Source: an uncultured Muribaculaceae bacterium (GTDB lineage: Bacteria; Bacteroidota; Bacteroidia; Bacteroidales; Muribaculaceae). Taken from it: 64,000 nt of DNA. The first letter of the stretch is position 1. Each line of letters begins with the position of its first letter. Position numbers and translations under genes: made by a program. This document shows, in pieces, positions 9,701 to 16,649 of the stretch. The notes beneath the pieces are model-generated. The model was not told the origin of the DNA, ran no database searches, and worked only from the letters and a program-made list of their open reading frames with translations. The stretch covers positions 25,476 to 89,475 of the forward strand of contig CAJTPZ010000003.1 of NCBI GenBank assembly GCA_910578395.1, read 5' to 3'.

Positions 9701-10048
9701 ATAGAGTACTCCTTATGTACATGGGCGGGAACTGATGCTGCGGATTGTGTATCGGCTGTTGTGGAAAATATTGCAGATAAACTTTCAGCCCGTGGATATG
9801 AGACCGATTTGAATGTCGGCCGGAGCGTGTGCAAGATAGATATTGCTGTGAAAAATCCAGATGATCCGAGCAGGTATCTGTTTGGGATTATTGTAGATGG
9901 ACGTAATTATGCATCCGCTTATTCGGTTGAGGACCGTGAGATTATTGTTCCGGATGCGTTTGAGGATCTTGGATGGAATATAAAGCGGGTATGGACGATA
10001 GACTGGTTTCGCAACCATGATTCCGTGTTGGATACTCTGCTTAAATAG
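6788..10048 (+). CDS. Large multidomain SF1B (Upf1/COG1112, DUF4011-type) helicase-like protein with a transglutaminase-core-like N-terminus and a Vsr/DUF559-like C-terminal module; catalytic motifs degenerate
   Basis: 1086-aa ORF. P-loop-like NAPAGTGKVKT (7952-7984), DIVVIDDAGY (8978-9007), GDDRIAEPQ (9065-9091), family signature LEYHTRSRHESLVGFRNRIFY (9137-9199), and a C-terminal KIDIAV...GIIVDGRNYA...LGWNIKRVWTIDWF module (9833-10045). Confidence 0.7.
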   Translation: MIKKYSYPECTIEVEYVPGLTYVGALYDHCGISRVKISNISDIGWNTITVSITGSFIRPSVRVYGGVPSGETSEIIPDRLDVIFDRICRLDENIDSEIRLTVSADDMKFDTVFLPLKVYNRNHFSGESGHFEELAAFVDPDHELVGKIVGTVSVPGNGQSDEFGMLRKKVEQIYCAAKDQGFSYRDVFFRADRGQDVSTCDVLVRQERGNTLDLALLFCSCLERIGIRSSLIYFDTQVLVGAWTDSAPVIEAAVTASAENIYGLIASDRPLLVLADPSGVATGKTFEDANYSANKLLLNEEPRYLVDIAAARRSGVVTMVRKDDETILQQDDRENAKTESILKPFVERNSTLAETCRNGEEDIMTPMLSDSSQAGAVRKADSGVSMILNAPAGTGKVKTIVNIIANALCKNKRVLYVASDKALLDKVKCCIDAVVDESLESDMPNGFDGRRENLERFCEALHGQAADGLSLFDVIERYYGISGDFIELTSAKASEMDASQAYKVVEVLKSLDDIMSLYGKHPSRLPLVGIYPRVRTSRGQARIEAFLEEFPRFVRRAKRRERCIFNRWFFHHDAMHYLERVEQWNTFRRLVVIDDRLTVDIDRIEGSVKRWYESRHLFEDWTPFADIVVELNRLGVFNVLDYFLEGHSGKETADAFLKGYYFARARNTINSKKILCDFDVSGHESDIKAFRRSIDDMVIRYRREFKVADSRGLTTTSLADIDAKAENEAYDIVVIDDAGYVSAEDVAGVKDSAQQIVLAGDDRIAEPQSLLADAIAEGLPECNLEYHTRSRHESLVGFRNRIFYNGDLKTFASANDLERRVFYVNPRGMFDSVAKTNMTEALAVVEKIKSGYNAIRSIIVVAVTTEQYLLIKKLLDATVGKHDDIIKVMQLEDVRGNEECDELVLSVVYAPDKDGCVALDMGTLSKKGGERQLNKVLSLPSVELTVFCSLRPVHIPDDDTIPHGVRILRKLIEYSLCTWAGTDAADCVSAVVENIADKLSARGYETDLNVGRSVCKIDIAVKNPDDPSRYLFGIIVDGRNYASAYSVEDREIIVPDAFEDLGWNIKRVWTIDWFRNHDSVLDTLLK

Positions 10049-10056
10049 AATCGCTG

Positions 10057-10617
10057 TTATTCCGAGGGGAGATCTACCCATGTGTAGGTGTGGCCTGTTG
10101 CCGGGATTATTTTCTCCAAAAGATCCTGTAATGACATTGCTATCGAAGCGGTGTTCACGCATGGGTGGCATGCATACGTGCCCGTATCAGCCAGATCCTT
10201 GTCAATAATAAGTCGTACACGGTGATCTTTGTCGTGTATAAGTCCCATAGGCGATACTGCGCCGGGTGAGATATGCAACAGATCCATCATAGCATCGGAT
10301 GAAGCAAATGAAAGACGGGCACATCCGAGCTGTGATGACAGATATTTGGTTTTAAACGGCTTTCCGGCCGGAATCATGAGGAGATAGAACTGTGTCTGTT
10401 GTTTGTTGGTAAGAAAAAGATTTTTGAAAACTGGTGCTCCGATTGCCTCGCGCACTCTCTCGCATTCTTCCATCGTGAAAGCTGCTTGATGACGCAGTGT
10501 TGTGTATGTCACGCCTATTTTGTCGAGAAAATCATATACCTGTATTTCAGCGTCTGTGCGTGTGTCATCGCCGTTGTCGGTCGGCCGTCCGTTGTAAATT
10601 GCTGTCTGTTGTGACAT
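10057..10617 (-). CDS. YbaK/ProX-type prolyl-tRNA editing domain protein
   Basis: Motifs FKNLFLTNKQQTQFYLLMIPAGKPF, ISPGAVSPMG and CHPCVNTASI are typical of the YbaK/aminoacyl-tRNA deacylase domain. Start moved to ATG 10617 (MSQQTAIY); the longer ORF start at 10698 adds a hydrophobic junk-like extension. Confidence 0.8.
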   Translation of the reverse strand: MSQQTAIYNGRPTDNGDDTRTDAEIQVYDFLDKIGVTYTTLRHQAAFTMEECERVREAIGAPVFKNLFLTNKQQTQFYLLMIPAGKPFKTKYLSSQLGCARLSFASSDAMMDLLHISPGAVSPMGLIHDKDHRVRLIIDKDLADTGTYACHPCVNTASIAMSLQDLLEKIIPATGHTYTWVDLPSE

Positions 10618-10745
10618 AACTGGGACTAAAATTGGAGGTAAAACTACTAATAAAATTCGATATAAAATGCAGATGAAATTAGGGTATAATAGAAACACGC
10701 CACAGATTTCAATCCGCAGCGTGTCTTAGAGCTTTTAGTGATGGT

Positions 10746-12083
10746 TCAAATTACACCTTGGCCCATCATTGCGTTGGCAACTTTCATGAAACCGGCGATG
10801 TTGGCACCTTTCATGTAGTTGAGATAACCGTCAGGTTCCTGTCCATATTTTTCACACTGTTCGTGGATCGAGGCCATGATCTGGTGCAGTTTTGCGTCGA
10901 CTTCCTCGTTTGTCCACTGTAGATGCTCTGCGTCCTGAGTCATTTCAAGTCCGGATGTGGCTACGCCGCCGGCATTTACAGCCTTGCCTGGAGCATAGGT
11001 CGTTCGGCTTTCGATGAAAGTGTCAATAGCCTCGGGGGTACATCCCATGTTGGAAACTTCGGCGACCATTAGGACTCCGTTCTTCACGAGTTCTTTGGCA
11101 TCGTCTCCGTTGAGTTCGTTCTGAGTTGCGCAGGGGAGTGCTATGTCAACTTTCTGGTTCCATGGTTTTTGTCCGGGATAGAAAGTCGCGTTAGGGTATT
11201 TCTGTGCATAGGGAGCCACAATGTCTTCGCCGGAAGCGCGGAGGTCGAGCATGTAATCGATTTTTTCACCGGATATGCCATCGGGATCATATATGTATCC
11301 GTCGGGGCCGGAGATTGTCACAACTTTAGCGCCGAGCTCGGTTGCTTTGAGCGCTGCGCCCCATGCCACGTTACCGAAGCCTGAGATTGCGACGGTCTTG
11401 CCCTCGATGGGTATGTTTTTGCGCTTGAGCATGCACTGGACGAAATACAGGGCGCCGAAACCTGTTGCCTCAGGACGCAGACGTGATCCGCCGAAATCAA
11501 ATCCTTTGCCGGTGAAGGTGCCTGTGCATTCGCCAGCAAGCTTTTTGTACATGCCGTACATGTAGCCGACCTCGCGACCGCCTACGCCTATGTCGCCTGC
11601 AGGCACGTCGCGGTCGGGGCCGAGATTCTTCCAGAGTTCGAGGATGAATGCCTGACAGAAACGCATGATTTCACGGTCACTCTTGCCTCGTGGAGAGAAG
11701 TCACTGCCTCCTTTGCCTCCTCCCATAGGAAGGGTGGTGAGAGCATTCTTAAACGTCTGCTCGAATCCAAGGAACTTTAATATCGAGAGGTTTACCGACG
11801 CGTGGAATCGGATTCCGCCTTTATACGGGCCGATGGCATTATTGAACTGTACGCGGTAGCCTATATTGTTTTGGACTTCGCCATTGTCATCGATCCATGT
11901 AACACGGAACGTGAAAATGCGATCAGGTTCAACCATGCGCTCGATTATCTTGTTGCGTGCAAATTCAGGATGGCAGTCATATATCTCTCCTACAGATAGT
12001 AGAACTTCTTTAACTGCCTGAAGATACTCTTTCTCACCCGGGTGTTTGGCTTCCAGGTCACTGAGAATTTTATTAATGTCCAT
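10746..12083 (-). CDS. gdhA: NADP-specific glutamate dehydrogenase
   Basis: 445 aa. GGIRFH, LPMGGGKGGSDF and the Rossmann segment GFGNVAWGAA give a full-length match to the hexameric GDH family. Confidence 0.95.
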   Translation of the reverse strand: MDINKILSDLEAKHPGEKEYLQAVKEVLLSVGEIYDCHPEFARNKIIERMVEPDRIFTFRVTWIDDNGEVQNNIGYRVQFNNAIGPYKGGIRFHASVNLSILKFLGFEQTFKNALTTLPMGGGKGGSDFSPRGKSDREIMRFCQAFILELWKNLGPDRDVPAGDIGVGGREVGYMYGMYKKLAGECTGTFTGKGFDFGGSRLRPEATGFGALYFVQCMLKRKNIPIEGKTVAISGFGNVAWGAALKATELGAKVVTISGPDGYIYDPDGISGEKIDYMLDLRASGEDIVAPYAQKYPNATFYPGQKPWNQKVDIALPCATQNELNGDDAKELVKNGVLMVAEVSNMGCTPEAIDTFIESRTTYAPGKAVNAGGVATSGLEMTQDAEHLQWTNEEVDAKLHQIMASIHEQCEKYGQEPDGYLNYMKGANIAGFMKVANAMMGQGVI

Positions 12084-12123
12084 GATATAGATGTTAGTGT
12101 CCGCCCGATTGAATCGGTATATG

Positions 12124-12131
12124 CAAATATA
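12124..12131 (-). promoter_or_regulatory. Candidate Bacteroidota -7 box (TATATTTG) for gdhA
   Basis: The reverse complement of 12124-12131 reads TATATTTG (consensus TAnnTTTG), about 40 nt upstream of the gdhA ATG. Confidence 0.4.
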
Positions 12132-12203
12132 GCATTAATCTTTTCACGTGTGTTCAATATGTGGATGCTTATTTTGTGTTTTATAGCATATTTTCACATA
12201 AAT

Positions 12204-12668
12204 TCACCAGTGCGCTCTAATTCTATCGCCGTCGGTCGTGTCTGTCACGATTTTCCCAAACTCCTCCGTAGGGCTGAAAAACATCGCGATCCCTTCTCCT
12301 CACCGTCGCTCTGAGTGCTCACCCAGTGGCTTTCAAACTCCTCACGGCTGTAGGTCACGCGCCCCATGCCGGGATCCGAGACATAAAACTTCCTGCCGTT
12401 GCGGCTGATGCCTGTCAGCACCACAAAATGATTCTGGTTCTAGTGCAATATTGCAGGGAGCGTGCATTCGCGCAGCTTCTCCACACTCAGGCGTGCCGAC
12501 ACTGTTGCCAGTCCCAGCTGCTCGGCCCCCTCCTTTATCCCCATCATCGTCACTCCCTCGGTTGTCGCGAAGCAGTAGTTGGAAAGCGTCTCAATAGAGT
12601 AGGGATGTCCGTAGTGACGGCATATCATGCTGCCGGTCGACCTTGCGCCTGAATATGCCGCCTGTTAA
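12204..12668 (-). pseudogene. Remnant of the N-terminal C39 peptidase domain of a bacteriocin-type ABC exporter (nonsense mutation, frameshifts, 3' truncation)
   Basis: Minus-strand translation gives MICRHYGHPYSIETLSNYCFATTEGVTMMGIKEGAEQLGLATVSARLSVEKLRECTLPAILH-TAG(12440-12442)-NQNHFVVLTGISRNGRKFYVSDPGMGRVTYSREEFESHWVSTQSDGEEKG. A 1-nt frame change near 12286-12292 then leads into IAMFFSPTEEFGK. No transmembrane or ATPase part follows. Confidence 0.7.
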
Positions 12669-12670
12669 AT

Positions 12671-14983
12671 TCACTTGGTTGTGATGCTCTTCAGTTCGTC
12701 ATCTTCATTATAGAACTGCTTTTTATTGCGCCATCTGAAGTTCTTGGTTGAAAAGCTGTACCACACGCCCACACATATCTTTGGAGCAAGACTTGTCTGT
12801 ACCGATCTGTTGTAGGCACGGTAATCGCCGTTGACTGTCCATGTCTTACTGTGCTTTTTAGGCCAAAGGAATGTCTCACCAGAGACCGACAGTCGTAGTG
12901 AATTTGTAACTGACCACCTTAAATCAAGATTGGAAAATAAATTTCTTTGACTTTTTGAATATAACGAATATGTGTAATTGGGGGTAATCCCAAAGTATCC
13001 CCAAAGGGAAAATTTCTTATATCCTAAGTTTGCATTTAGTGTAGCTGCAAATCCGCGTCCACTGAATGGCATTCCTTTAATATAATCCTTTTGATAATAT
13101 ACGTCCAAGCTCACATTTCCATAATATGGTTTTCCCTGAGGAATGTTGTAGCTGAATGTCGCACCGGTCTGCAGCAGTCCGGCATGACCGAAATTCTGGT
13201 AGCTACTCACATATATATCACTGTCGAGGTATCCGTAGGGTTGTATTATGTCGGATCGATGCGAATACTGCACGTATGGATTCACTCTTATTTTACCATT
13301 ATTGTAAGTATAGCCAAATTTCACCATGTCGGTGTGACTCGGTGTCAGGAGCGGGTTGCCTATAATCATGTGCAGGCTGTCGGTCGATGTGTTGCGTGGA
13401 TTGAGATCTCCGGCGCTTGGCATAGAGCGTGAGCGCCTGTAGAGCAGCGACAGGTTCTGTCGCTTTACAAATTTATAGTTCAGCGAAACCTGTGGTATCA
13501 CATCGACATAACTGTGCTTTGCACCTGCGGCATCCGAGAACACCATGTCCAATCCTAATGAAACCACATAATTAAACTTGTTTCCTGACTGATTATTGTC
13601 CAGACCGGCGTACACATATTCCCTCGTTCTGCGGTAGCGGAAATTCGGCTGGCTGTCAAGGCGGTCATCGATGTTTGTTACCGAATATTCTGTGTTTGAT
13701 CCTAACTGAAGCTGAGTGGATTTTGTTAGCATATCAGAATAAATGGCATCCAGCTTACCCATGTGGCGGCTGTTGTCGAGGTCTATGGTATTTACATAGC
13801 TGTAGAGCGCGCTGTTTTCTTCGCGCCGGGCTTTGTTTCCGTTCATAGAGTAGAAATAGTCTCCTGAAATCTCAAGTGTGCGGCGGCTTTTGAAAGTGTG
13901 TTTGTAATACACATTTCCAAGAACCTCATGAAAACGCATCCGGCTGTCATATTCTGATTTAAGAGCCGACGACTCTCCGGTCTCAAGATCAGTAACCGAT
14001 CCTTCTGTATTGCTCTTTGAGTCGCTTGGATTAGGAGAATATTTTACACCGAATGCTATATAGTCTTTTTTAGAGATCTCCTTGTCTCCGCCGATCTGAA
14101 CGAACGGATTGCGCCATGAGCCTTTGCTTTTTCCTGATTCCTCACGGTGCAGGGCACCTTGAAAAATATTGGAGTAACTTTTGCCTCGGTTCTTTCCGAT
14201 CTGCATGTAGCCACCGTTGACGTAAATCGACGATGTAGCGGTACCCAGTTCAAATGATGCGTTTGAGTAGATGAAGTTGGCATTAGGAGTTGTCTTGGCT
14301 CCTAAATTGCCATAAAAATATGGCTTGATACCCTCCTTTTTCAACTTGATATTCAGCACCGATGTCACGGATGCATCACCAAGGTAACGCGCCGATGGGT
14401 TATCGATGACCTCCACCGATTCAATTAATTCAGGAAGAATTACATCAAGAGTTTTTTTTACTCCATTCACGAGAATCAGAGGAGAGCTACCGTTGTCAAG
14501 TGTTATACTGCGGTTTATGGTGTTTACGCGTAGACGTGGTATCTCCTGCAGGGCGCGGTATGCATCCGATTCATTTCGAGCTCTGTCGGTGAGATAGTAC
14601 ACCGACATTCCTGCAAGCTCCTTTGTCATTTTTCGGGCATCGCCCGACACCGTCACCTCGGCAAGAACTTTTGCATCCTCTTCCAAAACAAACTGAGGCA
14701 GTTTCGTTTTTTCCGTGAGTGTGAATTTCATCGCAGCCGGTTTATATCCGAGCATCGACACCCGGCATTCATAGTTGCCTGGTTTAAGTCCTTTCAACAG
14801 AAATTTTCCTTTGCTGTCAGTGGCTACGCCTCCGGCAACAGTATCAGCTTGAATAAAAAACACAGTGCATCCGGCAATAGCCTCTTCCGATTTGCTCACT
14901 ACACTGCCGCTAACAACAGTCTGTGCCACAACCGCCATGCAGCCTATGATAAATGCCGATATCATGCAATGTAACCGTCTCAT
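12671..14983 (-). CDS. Outer membrane beta-barrel family protein (CarboxypepD_reg + plug-like + OMP_b-brl_3 type receptor)
   Basis: 770 aa with a signal peptide. N-terminal carboxypeptidase-regulatory-like fold (VSGSVVSKSEEAIAGCTVFF...SKGKFLLKGLKPGNYECRVSMLGYK), followed by a long alternating beta-strand region. Confidence 0.8.
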   Translation of the reverse strand: MRRLHCMISAFIIGCMAVVAQTVVSGSVVSKSEEAIAGCTVFFIQADTVAGGVATDSKGKFLLKGLKPGNYECRVSMLGYKPAAMKFTLTEKTKLPQFVLEEDAKVLAEVTVSGDARKMTKELAGMSVYYLTDRARNESDAYRALQEIPRLRVNTINRSITLDNGSSPLILVNGVKKTLDVILPELIESVEVIDNPSARYLGDASVTSVLNIKLKKEGIKPYFYGNLGAKTTPNANFIYSNASFELGTATSSIYVNGGYMQIGKNRGKSYSNIFQGALHREESGKSKGSWRNPFVQIGGDKEISKKDYIAFGVKYSPNPSDSKSNTEGSVTDLETGESSALKSEYDSRMRFHEVLGNVYYKHTFKSRRTLEISGDYFYSMNGNKARREENSALYSYVNTIDLDNSRHMGKLDAIYSDMLTKSTQLQLGSNTEYSVTNIDDRLDSQPNFRYRRTREYVYAGLDNNQSGNKFNYVVSLGLDMVFSDAAGAKHSYVDVIPQVSLNYKFVKRQNLSLLYRRSRSMPSAGDLNPRNTSTDSLHMIIGNPLLTPSHTDMVKFGYTYNNGKIRVNPYVQYSHRSDIIQPYGYLDSDIYVSSYQNFGHAGLLQTGATFSYNIPQGKPYYGNVSLDVYYQKDYIKGMPFSGRGFAATLNANLGYKKFSLWGYFGITPNYTYSLYSKSQRNLFSNLDLRWSVTNSLRLSVSGETFLWPKKHSKTWTVNGDYRAYNRSVQTSLAPKICVGVWYSFSTKNFRWRNKKQFYNEDDELKSITTK

Positions 14984-15222
14984 ACGCTAAAGTTTAAGAA
15001 AGAAATAGGGAAGCACGGTTCGTGCGTCCTGTTAGTGATTGGTTAAATAGAGGACGCTATGAGCCGTGCGTCCTTACTATATTATATTCGTTCCTGGTAA
15101 TTCGCCGGATTGATATAAGCATTGTTGAACTGATATTTTATGTAATCGGCAATGTTCATCTCCATAATGCGTTTTTGGCAATAGTGCTCGAGGTTGCCGT
15201 CGAGACTTTCCATTTGTTTCTG

Positions 15223-15573
15223 TCAGCATGGACCCCAACAGAGCGGGAGGAATTTATAGTTTCGACACATGGGGGTATCGTAGGTCACGATATCGAGTAG
15301 CTGTTTTAGTTTCTCCTCTTTCCACTTAATTGTGCCGTCAGGCATCAGTTGTCCGTCACGGTGCTCTTCGGTGAAGTCGCGTCCCGAGCATTTATATACC
15401 GCTCCGTCACATGAAACTATAACCACAATTACAATCGCAGCCTGCACCAGACTCAAGTACAGAAGCAAAACCGCCCAACACCATCTCCAACTCACCATCA
15501 AGAACGTCAATGGAGTTCGAGAGGTAAAATTTGATTCTTTTTCATAGAACACAAATTTTAGGTTATTGATCAT
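15223..15573 (-). CDS. Hypothetical small membrane-anchored Cys-rich protein (ORF ends at an in-frame TGA; frame stays open to 15082)
   Basis: 116-aa ORF with one hydrophobic helix (WCWAVLLLYLSLVQAAIVIVVIV), ending ...FLPLCWGPC. I recognise no family. See the findings for the downstream continuation. Confidence 0.35.
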   Translation of the reverse strand: MINNLKFVFYEKESNFTSRTPLTFLMVSWRWCWAVLLLYLSLVQAAIVIVVIVSCDGAVYKCSGRDFTEEHRDGQLMPDGTIKWKEEKLKQLLDIVTYDTPMCRNYKFLPLCWGPC

Positions 15574-15713
15574 ATCAAGTCTGCTACATGACTCTCAAAT
15601 CAACTGCATAGACCTTATCTTCGTAAAATTAACATAATATCTATATTCTATAAAAAAAATATTAAAAATAATAAATGCGCGTTTCCAAGCCTTTTCAATT
15701 ATCTCCTTTCCTG

Positions 15714-15721
15714 CAAAGATA
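15714..15721 (-). promoter_or_regulatory. Candidate -7 box (TATCTTTG) upstream of the small Cys-rich ORF / beta-barrel gene
   Basis: The reverse complement of 15714-15721 reads TATCTTTG, inside an AT-rich 300-bp intergenic region. Confidence 0.35.
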
Positions 15722-15878
15722 CACCCATTATTCCTGTCTCAATTGTGTTAATTGGCTACATCATAGTATTTGCTACATCGCACAGCTACTACATTTCTGC
15801 TGTTGTATATAGTGTATCTGTAGTATTATCAGTGACTTGTAGGTGTTGCGATAGTACGCCCACAGATGTGTATGCCGG

Positions 15879-16625
15879 TCAGTTGCCGAGGATGAAATCG
15901 GCCGACGGAGCCGCGTTAAGGTCCACGTCGCCCTTGATGCCGGGCATCGAACCGACATTACTGTATTGCCATATTACCCAGTCGATAGAGTCGGGTAGGG
16001 GAGGATCGGTGAATGACGAGATCCATAGCCCGGGCTTGGGGCTTACATCAAGGCGGTCGATAAATCGGCTCACTCCGTAACGGTGCGTGTAGATGAGCGG
16101 ATCGTGTCCTGCTTCGCGCAGAGTGGCTATCATCTCCGACAGGCGGGCGACGACCTTGTCGTCGGGTTGCGACGCCTGTGTGTGGGTCTCGACATCTATC
16201 ACCGGCGGCAGATCAAGTGAGTGGTGGCGTGTCTGCCACAGGAAATTTTCAGCCTGAAGACGTCCGTCGATAGTAAAGTTGAAAAAGTGGTAGGCTCCTA
16301 CTGGTATTCCGGCATCTTTAGCCTGTCCGTAGTAGGTGTTGTACATCGGATCACGCCATGTGGCTCCTTCTGATGCTTTTAAGTATATGAAATCTATTTG
16401 GTCAGCGATCAGGTCAAAATATACTTGCCCGTTGTGATGCGACAGATCTATACCTCTGACGGGGTACTCGGTCTCCGAAGGTTCGGGATACATGCGTACC
16501 GGCCAGCTTCCGTGGCGTAAATGCGGTGCATAAACGGCAAAAATACACGAAATAGCAGCGACCACAATGCATAAAGAACCAATAGATGTTATAATCCTGT
16601 GATTCTTATGAGTTGTGGTCGACAT
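15879..16625 (-). CDS. Glycoside hydrolase family 25 (lysozyme/muramidase), N-terminally membrane anchored
   Basis: VRGIDLSHHNGQVYFDLIADQIDFIYLKASEGATWRDPMY...GIPVGAYHFF is the GH25 signature layout. An N-terminal TM helix is present. Confidence 0.85.
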   Translation of the reverse strand: MSTTTHKNHRIITSIGSLCIVVAAISCIFAVYAPHLRHGSWPVRMYPEPSETEYPVRGIDLSHHNGQVYFDLIADQIDFIYLKASEGATWRDPMYNTYYGQAKDAGIPVGAYHFFNFTIDGRLQAENFLWQTRHHSLDLPPVIDVETHTQASQPDDKVVARLSEMIATLREAGHDPLIYTHRYGVSRFIDRLDVSPKPGLWISSFTDPPLPDSIDWVIWQYSNVGSMPGIKGDVDLNAAPSADFILGN

Positions 16626-16649
16626 CGCATGTTTGTTGTGTAGAATAAT

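Noticed and set aside
12326-12652. Plus-strand 108-aa ORF.
   Set aside because: It is the antisense shadow of the C39 peptidase pseudogene, whose minus-strand translation has clear family similarity.
15223-15225. Selenocysteine codon interpretation of the in-frame TGA.
   Set aside because: It is not adopted as the primary call. There is no convincing SECIS-like stem-loop within about 10-40 nt downstream and no sel genes in this window, and the neighbouring genes are visibly decaying. It is kept only as an alternative in the finding.
15022-15300. Plus-strand 92-aa ORF overlapping the split Cys-rich ORF.
   Set aside because: It is antisense to the minus-strand frame that continues across the TGA. 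It has no upstream promoter-like box and no recognisable features.
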